From Eledone cirrhosa (Eukaryota), in NCBI GenBank assembly GCA_964016885.1, contig OZ024740.1, positions 437,286,001 through 437,350,000 on the forward strand: a stretch of 64,000 nucleotides of DNA. Reading direction: 5' to 3'. How positions within the stretch are numbered: position 1 is the stretch's first letter; each line of letters begins with the position of its first letter. The position numbers and the translations under genes were made by a program. The notes beneath the pieces were generated by a model. It saw only the letters and a list, made by a program, of their open reading frames with translations. It was not told where the DNA came from and did not search any database. This document shows, one piece after another, positions 1 to 12,480 of the stretch.

Positions 1-294
1 CTAATATATATATCCAAATATATATATATATATATACAAATATATATATATATATACAAATATATATATACATACAAATATATATATATATATTAAAAAT
101 ATATATGTATATATACAAATGTATATGTATATATACAAATATATATATATATATACAAATATATATATATATATATACAAATATATATATATATTTATAT
201 ATATATATATACAAATATATATGTATATATACAAATAAATATGTATATATACAAATATATATATATATATATACAAATATATATATATATATAT

Positions 295-327
<33 letters not shown>

Positions 328-968
328 CTAATATATATATACTAATATATATATATATCCAAATATATATATATATACAAATATATATATATATATATAC
401 AAATATATATATATATATAGAAATATATATATATATATATTAAAAATATATATGTATATATACAAATGTATATGTATATATACAAATATATATATATATA
501 TACAAATATATATATATATATATACAAATATATATATATATTTATATATATATATATACAAATATATATGTATATATACAAATATATATGTATATTTACA
601 AATATATATATATATACAAATATATATATATATATATACAAATATATATATATATATATATATACTAATATATATATACTAATATATATATACTAATATA
701 TATATATATCCAAATATATATATATATATACAAATATATATATATATATACAAATATATATATATATACAAATATATATATATATATATTAAAAATATAT
801 ATGTATATATACAAATGTATATGTATATATACAAATATATATATATATATGCAAATATATATATATATATATACAAATATATATATATAATTATATATAT
901 ATATATACAAATATATATGTATATATACAAATATATATGTATATATACAAATATATATATATATATAT

Positions 969-1004
<36 letters not shown>

Positions 1005-1065
1005 TAATATATATATACTAATATATATATATATCCAGATATATATATATGTATATACAAATATA
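1..1065. repeat. (TA)n/TACAAA compound microsatellite with a ~347-bp higher-order repeat
   Basis: Landmark TTAAAAATATATATGTATATATACAAATGTATATG recurs at about 92, 440 and 789; the same array type continues at 1240-1733. Confidence 0.85.
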
Positions 1066-1109
1066 TACGATATTAAATAAATGGAAACTATATTTATAAA
1101 ACCATATTT

Positions 1110-1173
1110 ATTTCATTATATATATTTCAGGGATATCATATTAAAAATATGGTATGCCTTCATCAGACAAAAT
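1110..1173 (-). ncRNA. Type I hammerhead ribozyme motif in an isolated pLTR-like fragment (about 1068-1240)
   Basis: Minus strand: AUUUUGU-CUGAUGA-AGG..CAUAUU/AAUAUG..CCU-GAAA-UAUAUA-UA-AUGAAAU; stems I and II pair, palindromic stem III. Confidence 0.75.
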
Positions 1174-1733
1174 ACAATATAAACAGTCTTATAAATAGAT
1201 AGATTTGACATACCTTACAACTTCAACTTCCATTTAAAAAGTTGATTTATACAAATATATATATATATACAAATATATATATATACAAATATATATACAA
1301 ATATATATATATATATATATTAAAAATATATATGTATATATACAAATATATATGTATATATACAAATATATATATATATATACAAATATATATATATATA
1401 TATAAATATATATATATACAAATATATATATATATTTATATATATATATACAGATATATATATATATATACAAATATATATATATACAAATATATATATA
1501 TATATATACAAATATATATATATATATACAAATATATATATATATATATATACAAATATATATATATATATATACAAATATATATATATATATATACAAA
1601 TATATATATATATATATATACAAATATATATATATATATATATATACAAATATATATATATATTTGTATATATATATATATATACAAATATATATATATA
1701 TACACATATATATATATATACACACAAATATAA

Positions 1734-2253
1734 TTAATTGTAAGTTGTGATGTTTCTATTCTGATGTTTCTATTGGAATAGCAACATCACAACGTACAAT
1801 TAAGGACAAAATGAAAACACACACAAACATAGAACAAACAACCAGTAACATGTAAATAAACAAATAAATAAACAAATATAAACACACACAGACACCCTGA
1901 TGTAACACATGCGCAAACTAAGCACTCAACACGCACAAAAACAAGATGGCGTAGGACAGAACAAAGGAGAGGCACAAAAACAAAGAAAAGAATCCCCAGT
2001 CACTGAAGAGATCACAGAATGCGTGACGAAAGAACTTTGACAATATATGAACAATCGTCTGGTTGTAGAACCAACCAACCAACCGGAAATTTATAAATTC
2101 CTAAATTTATAAATTTAATTTATAATAATTTGAAGTGAAAGCAACTGGTGCGTGTGTTTCTTATTGGCAACATGACCCTCCCAAAGTATAACAATATCGG
2201 TTTCAACACACGTTTTCAGATAAAGAAACTTGCTAAACAAATTCAGAAATGAA
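1734..2253 (+). mobile_element. Non-coding PLE-like pLTR insert with short 5' inversion and an HHR
   Basis: Inverted repeat 1734-1761/1776-1803; HHR at 1999; its 3' end recurs in rearranged form at 29305-29352; flanked by TA arrays. Confidence 0.55.
1999..2041 (+). ncRNA. Type I hammerhead ribozyme motif
   Basis: GUCA-CUGAAGA-G(A)UCAC..GUGAC-GAAA-GAAC-UU-UGAC. Confidence 0.7.
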
Positions 2254-2390
2254 ATATATATATATATATATATATTAATAAAAGGAATTCCAACTTTGTC
2301 TGATTTACTCGTTTTATTTACAATCCCTTAAAATTTATAATGGTATTAGAATGAAATAGTATGGTAGAATATTAAATGTTAAGTGTTAAT

Positions 2391-2429
2391 TGAACAAGTA
2401 CTTTCATGCTTTCGCAATCTTCAGGTTCA
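2391..2429 (-). ncRNA. Minimal type I hammerhead ribozyme motif (inverted copy)
   Basis: Reverse complement of 2501-2539. Confidence 0.8.
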
Positions 2430-2500
2430 TAATGTGTGGTGACAGTCAAGTTTGCAATTTTCAACTGTGAAAATTGCAACTTGACTGTCACCACACATTA

Positions 2501-2539
2501 TGAACCTGAAGATTGCGAAAGCATGAAAGTACTTGTTCA
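2501..2539 (+). ncRNA. Minimal type I hammerhead ribozyme motif
   Basis: UGAAC-CUGAAGA-U-UGC-GAAA-GCA-U-GAAA-GUAC-UU-GUUCA; palindromic loop 3 (GUAC). Confidence 0.8.
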
Positions 2540-2741
2540 ATTAACACTTAACATTTAATATTCTACCATACTATTTCATTCTAATACCATTATAAATTTT
2601 AAGGGATTGTAAATAAAACGAGTAAATCAGACAAAGTTGGAATTCCTTTTATTAATATAATCTTCTATACACAATCATACACACCCGTGTATATTTATCT
2701 ATCTATCTCCAGCGGCACCAGCAACAACAACAATAACAACA

Positions 2742-3935
2742 ATGCTACGAACGAAAACAACACCAATAACAATAACAACAACAACAAGACCAATAACTGT
2801 GATAACAACAACCACCAACTACAACAGCAACACAAACAAGGAAAAGAACTCCTTCGCCCAGACGGCAAGGAAAACCCTCGACTATCTGCCAGTAGATATA
2901 ACCAAAGCAAAGGAGCTAGTGGCAGATGCCAAAAAATATATAGTGTACGGGGAAAATGGTGCATTTTCGATCCACTCCCCCCCCCCGGAACTAAAAAGCC
3001 AGATACTCCTAAACACTGTCATGTTTAGGACAATCTCAAATAAAAGCAAAAAACCAGCTCAACCATCACAGAATGAGATAGAGCTGGTTTTAAAAGACGT
3101 CATGAAGGACATCACATTCATTCAGAAAGATAGACTCTACGGGAGTCTATCCATTCTCATGAAGGACAGGGACACAGCAGTGAAACTGTCCATCAAACCA
3201 ATCACATCCACCGCATACACCTTCTACCCTACGTACATAGGTAGAAGGACACAAAAAATAAAAATCCACACCATCCTGCCGATTATGGACATATGGTGGG
3301 TTTTGACAGGTTTCCTGAACCTGGATGATGACATGCTGGTGTCCATGGGAAAGGCATCGGGTGACGCGTTCAGTGGAACGAGCCTCGAACTTGTAGTTCA
3401 AATGAGGCCCGAAAGGATCGCCCAGATCCCTGAACGCGTCATACTGGATGATCAAACTTTCATCAACATTACCGTTGAGGGTAGGCGGCCCTCGTATTAC
3501 CTCTGTGGAATCAGAGGTCACCTGAGGGCTGTCTGTCCCCAACTTAATAAGAAAACCCCAATCCTGCCTACACCACCAACAACTGCACAACCAACACAAT
3601 CACCACAACTACCACTACAAAAACAACAACCACAGCTCAAACCAAAACAAAACAATGTCCAACCCATCCCCCCCACTCAAAAAAAAACAATTTCCAAAAC
3701 ACCCGCACCGCAAACACAACCCGAAAATATACCCCTCCCCTCCAACGCGGAAGATGACCCTAGTTCGTCGTCAGACGAGGGGGAACACTTCCACACAGTC
3801 AAAAGAAAAAAAAGAAAACACACCTCAGACACGCAAATGAAAACAACCCCTCCCCAAAACATAACACTGACACCAACACAAAAGAGCTCACAAAAAACAC
3901 CACACAAAAACAAATACATGCATACACATACATAA
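2742..3935 (+). CDS. LINE ORF1 (gag-like protein with zinc knuckle)
   Basis: 397-aa ORF; YYLCGIRGHLRAVC is a degenerate CX2CX4HX4C; Pro/Gln-rich and basic C-terminus; lies directly upstream of ORF2; true start uncertain. Confidence 0.75.
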   Translation: MLRTKTTPITITTTTRPITVITTTTNYNSNTNKEKNSFAQTARKTLDYLPVDITKAKELVADAKKYIVYGENGAFSIHSPPPELKSQILLNTVMFRTISNKSKKPAQPSQNEIELVLKDVMKDITFIQKDRLYGSLSILMKDRDTAVKLSIKPITSTAYTFYPTYIGRRTQKIKIHTILPIMDIWWVLTGFLNLDDDMLVSMGKASGDAFSGTSLELVVQMRPERIAQIPERVILDDQTFINITVEGRRPSYYLCGIRGHLRAVCPQLNKKTPILPTPPTTAQPTQSPQLPLQKQQPQLKPKQNNVQPIPPTQKKTISKTPAPQTQPENIPLPSNAEDDPSSSSDEGEHFHTVKRKKRKHTSDTQMKTTPPQNITLTPTQKSSQKTPHKNKYMHTHT

Positions 3936-4325
3936 ACGCAAGAAACAAAAAACTGTTAAACATTGTGTACAACAACAATTTAATAAAAACCCAAGGGCCT
4001 AACTTCACCCAGGCAGGGAATTTCCCCACCTCAAAATGATTAAGGCCCCACAGGACACTTATAAAACTTTAAAAAACAACTTTAAAGAGGACGTGGGTCC
4101 CCCCTGCGTCGGGCCCATTAACCGCGTCCTCCTAAAAAAAACTACCCCACCCCCTCCCCAAACACCCACACAACTCCAAACACCCCAACCACACAACACA
4201 CTGATGCCCCTACACTTCCACAAACCACCACCCCACCCAACAACCCATCCCCCACCCTCATGGAAATTGTGCAGCCCGATACCCGGGACGCAGAGAGGTA
4301 AGTGCCTTTTCTCTTCACCACCAAC

Positions 4326-7300
4326 ATGGCTATGCTAAGAGTAGGCTGTTTAAATGCGCGTGGCCTGGGCTCAACTTGGAAGCAAGCAATGCTTCTAAAT
4401 GACCTCAGGTCACAACGTATAGATGTGATGGTTATTTGCGACGCCCGGATCAGCAACGTGCGACAGCTGGCCCCCACCTTTGATGACTTTGAGATGCACG
4501 CATCTCTCTGTCAGCCCAGAGGTGGGGGTGGGGTTGTCGTTCTGCTGCAAAAACATCTGGGTTTCGCAACACAGACGGTACATTTGGACCCGGAGGGTCG
4601 ACTAGTGGTTCTGGACCTTGGCAGTGGTGAAGGCGGAGCGTTTAGGTTGGTAGCCGCTTACGGCCCTTTTGGGTCAATGCGGCCGGACTTCTTCCATCGT
4701 CTGGAGACTTTTCTAGGGACGTCCCGCTCCTTGCTATTAGTGGGGGACTGGAATGGTATCCTAGATGCACGCTGGGACTATGTAGGGGCCTGTTCCGATA
4801 GAGAGGGGTGTAATAGCCTCAAAGGGTTAATCGGTCGATTTGACCTGGCCGATAGATATCGACTAGATTTTCCGACTGCGCCAACCTGGACTTGGGCAAA
4901 TCGTAGCGGATCATCTAGGTCGTACCTAGATAGGTTCTTAGTTAGAAATAAGGATAAGGACTTTTTAAGTTGTCCAAAAATGAGCATGGTTGGCTATTCA
5001 AACCACAAGTTAGTGAGCTGCATGGTCAACCTTGACAGAACGCATAGACAGGGACCCGGTTACTGGAAGCTCAACTTGTCCTTACCGGCAAGTAAGGCTT
5101 ACAGGGACCGGATTAGCACTTTAGTTAAGGAGCGGTTGGCGGGCGCCTTCGTCAACAGCAGGTGGTGGGGATCTCTCAAAAGAGAGATTAGAGTAGTCTC
5201 TATAGAATTTAGTAAGGAGTTAGCCTCAAATAGAAATAGGAAGGAAAGGGAGCTGGTAGATAGTGTAGAAGAGGCAATTAGAAGCGGCGACGTGGCCAGA
5301 GTGCTAGCGTCGAGAACGGCCCTGAGCCAGTTCTTCGACGCGAAACACGAAGGCTGCATCGTCCGAAGAAAAATACGTGCTCTGGGAAACGAGGGGACCA
5401 AAGCTGTTAGCTGGGCCCGCGTGACAGAAGCCAAAAGAGGGAGCAGATCCACTATCCGGTCTTTGCGAGACCAGGATGGACGGGTGATCCTTGAACCTAA
5501 GCAGATGTGCGAGGCTTTTCAAAAGCACTTTGCCGGATTGTTCGGAAGGGGCGGGAGCCGGTTGGGGACGTGGACTTCGGTCCATACCTCGACGGCCTGC
5601 CGCGTCTCTCGGACAGGGGGGCGAAGTCCTGCGAGGAGCCGATTTCAGCCGCTGAGATAGAGGACGTGCTAAGCCAATGCGGCAAACGCAAATCCCCGGG
5701 TCTCGATGGTCTTCCATACGAACTGTATCTAGCTATGCCGGACTTGTTCCCCGATCTCCTCGAGGCGGTCTACTGCAACTGGCAACAGAACGGGAGAATT
5801 CCCTGTGCTGTGACCAAGGGCGTAGTCACGCTAGTGAGAAGGACGAGAACAAGGGGGACGATATAAATAATTTCAGGCCCATAACTCTGCTAAATACAGA
5901 GTTACAGATTTTGGCCAAGGTGTTAGCAAAGAGGTTGGCGCTTGTCGTGGGCAACCTGGTGGGAGATGCGCAGACATGTGCTATCCCGTCCAGGTCCATC
6001 CACGACAACCTCCACCTCATGCGATACATCATAGAGAGGGTTGGGAACGAACCCGGCTTTGGTGGGGCCCTGATTAACTTGGATCAATCTAAGGCGTTCG
6101 ATAAGGTCGACAATGGTTACCTGGATGCGGTGCTAGCGGCGGCAGGCTTCGGACCCGTTTTCAGGGGCTGGATCAAAGCCATGCACAGCAGCCGCATCTG
6201 CTCTAGGGTCAAGGTGAACGGCTACCTCTCGGAGCCGTTCGAAATCGCGCGGTCCATCCGACAAGGGTGCCCTCTCTCCTCCCTTCTGTATGTGATGACT
6301 CTAGAGCCACTGCTGCGGAAGTTGGATTTGTTGCAGGGCATCCCGTTGGAACCGGGATTGCGGAAAGCGGTGTCGGCCTACGCCGACGATGTAACAGTAA
6401 TGGTGTCGACGGCCTCGGAAATCGAGGCGATCGGCACCTTACTGGAGGAGTACGAAAGGTTTACAGGGGCTAAGCTGAACCGGGACAAGTCGATCGGTCT
6501 GCAACTCGGCACATGGAGGGGCAGATCGATGCCCTCCGATGGCGTCGTCGGGCGCTGGACGGAGGGCCCGGTGAAGTTGCTCGGGGTCTGGTTCGGACCA
6601 GACCTCCAGGTGGAGAAGAACTGGGGTGAGGTAACGAACAGGGTGTTTGCACTGACCCAGAAGTGGGCCGAGTGCAAACTGTCCCTGAAAGGTCGGGCGG
6701 AGGTGGCGAACACTTATATAGCGTCCGTCATCTACTACCGGCTGACCGTTGTGCCTTGCCCAAGGGAAACGCTCGCCAAAATGGAGCGCGCACTCTTCCA
6801 ATTCCTTTGGAAGAAGCGGGCTCCTATGGTGAGGAGATCCATCTGCTGTCAACAACCTTAGAAAGGAGGGCTGGGGATGCCGTGGCTAATGATACGTAAA
6901 CACGCATTAAGGCTACGGCACCTCCAGGTATTCCTCACCGGTCAACCGGTGTGGGCCCCGTTTGTGAGGCGAGCCTTTCCCAGACTCGTCTCACTCACCG
7001 AGCTGCAATCCTGGGTCAAGCAAAGACCGAGAAAACTGGGCGCCTGGCACACCGAGTGTGCCCAGGCGCTCACGGCTCTCTGGCAGGCGGACCCGGCTGT
7101 CAGTAAAGAATCCACCTCGTCATTCTATAGAGGGCTGGTGGTTAGCAGGTGCGACAACGCCCTCGGAGAAGCCCTAGGCATGGAGGAAGACGAACTGGCC
7201 AACCTGTTCGGTAGGACATTCAGCCCGGGACCCATGGATAACTTCCAGAGGTCCCTGGCCTGGCAGTGCTACGGGCTCTGCCCGTTCGAGAAAGGCTCTA

Positions 7301-7757
7301 CAGACACGGGCTCCCAGGTAGGGACCCCTCGAAAAAGATCTGTCCCAGATGCGTGTGCGACGAGGAAACCGTTGCACACGCATTGGTACACTGCTCGGGC
7401 ATTGCCGATCTGTGGGACTATGTCGAACAACTGCTGTCAAGGGTGGGACCGATCCGGTTGACCACCGAATCTATTGTAATGATCAAGCCGCCTCCCCTCT
7501 TCAAAAACGAAGGAGAGGCGGTGTTTCTGTGCGTAATAGCCATGGCGAAAGAGGTTGTATGGTGGACGCGTCTGAAAGGACTGAGGTCAGACACCTTTCT
7601 CTCTGGCCAACAACTGGTCCGTTTCTTCCGATATCATTTCGGAAGAAGGATCAGGATGGAGAGAGAGGTGCTGCACTCCAGCCGTTTTTATGTAAGATGG
7701 GTGAAAGTGGCGAGAATGGCCCGTGTGAATGGGCCTTCACTCTACATCAGACTATAG
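4326..7757 (+). pseudogene. LINE ORF2 (AP endonuclease, reverse transcriptase, C-terminal zinc finger), disrupted
   Basis: APE motifs LNARGL, GDWN, YLDRF; RT motifs KSPGLDG, FRPITLLN, DQSKAFD, RQGCPLS, YADD; CPRC..H..HC; frameshifts near 5570, 5835 and 7270 and a stop at 6859. Confidence 0.92.
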
Positions 7758-8060
7758 GTGAGGAAGATGAAAGACCAAGGGAGCACCCCCTCTCTGTGCT
7801 CCTGAGGAGAAGGGTTGCACACTTTTTTTCGGGGGTGTGTGCGACCCCCCAAGGCGCCTCCTCTCTATTGAGGAATTTGTTATAAATTTTATTTTGTTAT
7901 ATTTTATTTTATTTTTATATTTTGTTATTGCCTCCTCCTTATTGAGGACGCCTTGTTATGTAAACTCCCCCCATTGTACTTGTCCCACTTTTTGATGCCC
8001 TGGTGGCAAATAAAAAGAAAATTATCTCTCTATATATATATGTATATATATATATATGTG

Positions 8061-8157
<97 letters not shown>

Positions 8158-8272
8158 ATTAAAATATAGAGAAAAATATAGAGAAAAATACTGCAGGTAG
8201 CACATGGATAACATGTAATAAAATAAGTCCCTCATCAGTGATTTGCCGAAGATCATAGATATTTCATTGCAC

Positions 8273-8341
<69 letters not shown>

Positions 8342-8388
8342 AATGAATAATAACAGGTAGACATCATAAAAAGGTAATTTATTCTGTG

Positions 8389-8500
8389 TGCTTACAAATG
8401 TTTCCACGGTGGTTATACAGTCTAGTTATGCTATGTGCAAATTTATAACTATTTGCAAAACTCAATTATCAAATGCTGTGACCACTGTATCATCAGAGCA
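8389..8500 (-). ncRNA. Type I HHR motif with extended stem II
   Basis: UGCU-CUGAUGA-UACAGUGGU..(~65 nt)..ACCACCGUG-GAAA-CAUUUG-UA-AGCA. Confidence 0.72.
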
Positions 8501-8553
8501 GAATGGTTAAAATGTACAATGTAAATACCCTTAAGTGAGGTTATTGGGGAAGA

Positions 8554-8946
8554 ATGAATAAATGCCTAAAGTCCAACATTGTTTACCAATGCACGGTTGA
8601 ATCGAACGACCAGAAATGGTATTACATCGGTTCTACCACTACCTCCTTTAAATCTCGCTGGTACCGTCATCGATTCTCAATTAAACATCCTGATCACCGT
8701 TTTGTGACCACGCTCGCCAACAAGACCTGGCAACTCCGTGAACGCAACCAACAGTTCACCTTGAAATAAGATATACTTTCCAGCGCAAGTCCATATCGGA
8801 GTGGATTGAAATACTGTAGGTTATGTAACCTTGAACTCTTTTACATCTTAAAATCCAAAAATAAATTACTAAATGATAGAATCGAACGATCATTATACTG
8901 CAACCACAAACTGAAAGCTAAATTCTCTCACTATAAAATAACTTAA
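8554..8946 (+). pseudogene. GIY-YIG endonuclease fragment of a PLE
   Basis: NIVYQC..YYIGST..FKSRWYRH; continues in frame past the TAA at 8767 as DILSSASPY..CRLCNLE..CNH. Confidence 0.85.
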
Positions 8947-9458
8947 CATTCGAACCCGTCACTATAACATTGCTTTCTAGCTAAACACTTTCTCTTCCCT
9001 CACATGACAAGACAATACCCTGCTTATCACTATAAATGGGAACTTAGTGCAATTCGTAGATTACTACTATGAACCCAATGTTCACCCACCCCTTAGCTTT
9101 CGTCTGTCCCCTCTCTATCTCTCCCTCTCTATCCATTCCACTCTCTCTCTCTCGCTCTAGGTCTACCTCCCTCCCTCTCCACATCTATGAACCTGCCCTC
9201 TGGGGCAATAAATAATTTCAACCTTGACTATCAACGCATCGCTTAAGGTGGTCGCTTTAAGAGTAACCAGTATAATAAAACCCCTACCACAACATTTTGA
9301 TTAAGATATCTACAAACCACTCTCTCCCATTTCTCCAACCCCTGCATATCTCTCTCTCTCTCGCTCTTCCTCTCCCCTTCTTTTCTCTCTTCCTTGTCTA
9401 CTCTATCTCCCCCAATAACCTCACTTAAGGGTATTTACATTGCACATTTTAACCATTC

Positions 9459-9570
9459 TGCTCTGATGATACAGTGGTCACAGCATTTGATAATTGAGTT
9501 TTGCAAATAGTTATAAATTTGCACATAGCATAACTAGGCTGTATAACCACCGTGGAATCATTTGTAAGCA
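9459..9570 (+). ncRNA. Type I HHR motif with extended stem II, core mutated (GAAU)
   Basis: Same as 8389-8500 but GAAA changed to GAAT. Confidence 0.6.
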
Positions 9571-9762
9571 CACAGAATAAATTACCCTTTTATGATGTCT
9601 ACCTGTTATTATTCATTCTTTATCTACACTCCGGAATACAGAAGGATCAGGAATTAAGTTTCTTCAACAATTCTTCCATAACTCGTTCAGTAACCTCTCA
9701 CCGTACGTCAACTCTATCTAGTGTAGTAATTAACCATTACTGCATCTAGGATAATCCTATAC

Positions 9763-9820
<58 letters not shown>

Positions 9821-9822
<2 letters not shown>

Positions 9823-9999
9823 AACCAGTAAGACCCCGACGGCTGAGCTCAAGCCGTTTCGACCAGTCCAGAATTAGCCGTCGAAACGGCTTGAGCTCAG
9901 CCGTCGGGTCTTACTTGTTCTATTACCCACTCTACTACCCTAAGTATTGAGTACTTTGGTGCGTTATGGTCCACCTGGTTCCTTACCACATTTCCATCG

Positions 10000-10000
<1 letters not shown>
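9821..10000 (+). mobile_element. Miniature PLE-type insert (inverted arm, 3' half of HHR, tail); family GGAACCAGTA
   Basis: Inverted repeat 9821-9863/9880-9920; shares sequence with 10651, 13228 and 48059. Confidence 0.75.
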
Positions 10001-10062
<62 letters not shown>

Positions 10063-10066
<4 letters not shown>

Positions 10067-10300
10067 GGAGGTGAGTTTTATTGTAGTACAATAAAGCAAT
10101 GCAGATATCGGATAAGAAGCACTCTAAAGTTTGTAGGACTATGTTGATTTAAAACTGCTCTATCCACAAGTGTTTTTTAACCTTCATATCATGTCTTCCT
10201 ATTTTATCTAATGAAAACACAAATATTATTGCATGATGATGTTTGTTTTTGAAATGCGCATAATAAAATACATGGAACTCTTTTAACCATCTTTTGTTCT
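10063..10300 (-). mobile_element. Miniature PLE insert (tail plus inverted pLTR), same family as 53463-54812
   Basis: 10063-10140 is the reverse complement of about 54737-54813; 10141-10300 matches about 54558-54716; degenerate HHR at 10201-10269 (CUAAUGA). Confidence 0.8.
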
Positions 10301-10331
<31 letters not shown>

Positions 10332-10440
10332 ATGTGTGTGTGTGTGTGTGTGTGTGCGTGTGTATGTGTATATATGTGTATTTGTATATATGTGTATATA
10401 TATATATGTGTATGTGCTTGTATATGCATGTGTATGTATG

Positions 10441-10471
<31 letters not shown>

Positions 10472-10538
10472 GTGTATGTATGTATATATATGTATATATA
10501 TATATGTATATATATATGTATATATATATATATATGTG

Positions 10539-10609
<71 letters not shown>

Positions 10610-10612
10610 GTG

Positions 10613-10650
<38 letters not shown>

Positions 10651-10652
<2 letters not shown>

Positions 10653-11295
10653 AACCAGTAAGACCCCGACAGCTGAGCTCAAGCCGTTTCGACGGCTAAT
10701 TCTGGACTAAATGAAAATTTATCCTGGTATTTAAATAGCCGATCTTCTCAAGGGGTAATTCCATATATGGTCAAAGTGATTGTCAAAAATCAGTAGTAAT
10801 TCTGTGGTTGCAAATTAGTAGGGGAGATGGTGGCTAAACCTGCCAGTAGGAGAAAGAGGGGAGGGGGTGGAGTAGACCCAATCAAGCGTTGGTAGTGCCA
10901 GCTACAGCTGGGCATGAGGTCAAAGAAGATTACAGGGGAGGGGGAGGGGGAGGAAGTCGGAACGGTAGGTAGAACAATGGGGGGTAGAAATATAGGAAAG
11001 AAAAAATACTGAGAGTGAAGAAAAGCAAATAAGTGTAAAGAAAAAAGTAAAGTAAATTAAATTCTACGACCTAGGTATCAGGCTATTGTTAGGCTAGAAT
11101 AAAATAAAGAAAGAAAGAAAGAAAGAAGTAAAGAAATAAATAAATAAAGAAATAACGAAATAAGTAAAAGAACTAGGTGGGACGAAATAGGCAAAGACCC
11201 TTTTAAGAGGTATAAGTACGTAAATGATACGGTGACGGGTCAACAAAAGGGGCCAAAATACTAAAGAGACTACCACGAAATAAACAATAAAGGTT
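10651..11295 (-). mobile_element. pLTR/3' UTR arm of family GGAACCAGTA
   Basis: Near-identical to 13228-13755; begins exactly at a (TA)n edge; contains a variant HHR. Confidence 0.75.
10663..10756 (-). ncRNA. Type I HHR motif with U3-A8 variant core
   Basis: ACCCC-UUGAGAA-GA(U)CGGCUA..UAGCCGUC-GAAA-CGGC-UUGAGCUCA-GCUG-UC-GGGGU. Confidence 0.72.
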
Positions 11296-11361
11296 TCCAT
11301 CCCGGGCCAGCAGCGACCCAGTGCAGCAAAGTGAACTTGTACGAGATAATAATTCTTTAGT

Positions 11362-11710
11362 GTACACCCAAGGCTTGGGCCCCGTGCTATCCGCCCAGGA
11401 CAAAAATCCCACTCGCATCACATAACAATACGGCACAATTATTTCACCTCAATTGGCCCTGCACTCTTTAACATTACACCAAAACACATCAAAGCAGAGA
11501 CAGACCCCATCAAGTTCAAGAAGTCTTTGGATAAATTCCTTCAAGAAATCCCGGATAAGCCTTCTACTCCCGGATATGCCTCCGTAAACAATAACTCTCT
11601 GCTCGAGTGAGCCATGGTGCCCAAACACTGATTTGTAAGACTTCGCCAGGTGGTGCTATTAAGTTAGACATGGCCTGGGCCAATACTGGCCGAAACCTAT
11701 CAAAGTTATA
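11362..11710 (+). mobile_element. CR1-like LINE 3' fragment
   Basis: Homologous to about 52449-52797 including the 3' end. Confidence 0.8.
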
Positions 11711-11746
11711 TTTGATTATATATATATATATATATATATTTGATTA

Positions 11747-11812
<66 letters not shown>

Positions 11813-11816
11813 ATTA

Positions 11817-11847
<31 letters not shown>

Positions 11848-11922
11848 TTGATTATATATATATATATATATATATATGAATGAAGGTTTTGTAATCCAAA
11901 TTCAATAAACAAACCAGGATTT

Positions 11923-11982
11923 TTCCGTTCTGAGGATTGAAAGCAAAACCTTTTGCTTTTAAGAAACCACTGGTAAATGGAA
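11923..11982 (+). ncRNA. Type I hammerhead ribozyme motif
   Basis: UUCCGUU-CUGAGGA-UUGAAAGCAAAA-CC-UUUUGCUUUUAA-GAAA-CCACUGG-UA-AAUGGAA. Confidence 0.85.
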
Positions 11983-12288
11983 TAATTGCCTTATGTTGTT
12001 TATTACATAATAATAATAATTAAGCTCTGTTGCCTACATAGAGCACTCTTTTTTCCTGGACTTTTCCGATGGAATTACTTCATTTATACAGCTCCAACTG
12101 GGATTGATCGCAGCATATTCTATATTACATATACGATTGGCACTTTCCAGCCCGATTAGTTGAGCACTCTACAGTTTTCAGGAATTTAACCAACATACAC
12201 CATGGACCTTTATGATTTGGATTATTCTATCAAAAATATACCCACTCCTAGGTTTTGTAATCCAAATTCAATAAACAAACCAGGATTT

Positions 12289-12348
12289 TTCCGTTCTGAG
12301 GATTGAAAGCAAAACCTTTTGCTTTTAAGAAACCACTGGTAAATGGAA
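12289..12348 (+). ncRNA. Type I hammerhead ribozyme motif (second tandem copy)
   Basis: Identical to 11923-11982. Confidence 0.85.
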
Positions 12349-12377
12349 TAATTGCCTTATGTTGTTTATTACATAAT

Positions 12378-12479
<102 letters not shown>

Positions 12480-12480
12480 A

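Larger units (their letters stand above)
2271..2659. repeat. Near-perfect ~390-bp palindrome (inverted pLTR pair)
   Basis: Arms 2271-2463 and 2468-2659 are reverse complements with a 4-nt loop ACTG and one indel; each arm carries an HHR. Confidence 0.95.
2710..8020 (+). mobile_element. L1/Tx1-like non-LTR retrotransposon, near full length, decayed
   Basis: ORF1 with degenerate zinc knuckle; ORF2 APE-RT-CCHC; 3' UTR with AATAAA near 8009; flanked by TATC/TC/TA microsatellite. Confidence 0.9.
8338..9765 (+). mobile_element. 5'-truncated Penelope-like element: inverted pLTR, GIY-YIG, 3' UTR, pLTR, tail
   Basis: 8338-8550 is the reverse complement of about 9410-9622; GIY-YIG coding between them; (TA)n on both sides. 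Confidence 0.88.

Noticed and set aside
3147-7885. Antisense and alternate-frame ORFs within the L1/Tx1 element
   Set aside because: Shadow ORFs of GC-richer coding sequence with no recognisable motifs
8185-8245. CUGAUGA on the minus strand (8232-8238)
   Set aside because: No GAAA-N-UH or stem I partner follows; at best a truncated HHR remnant
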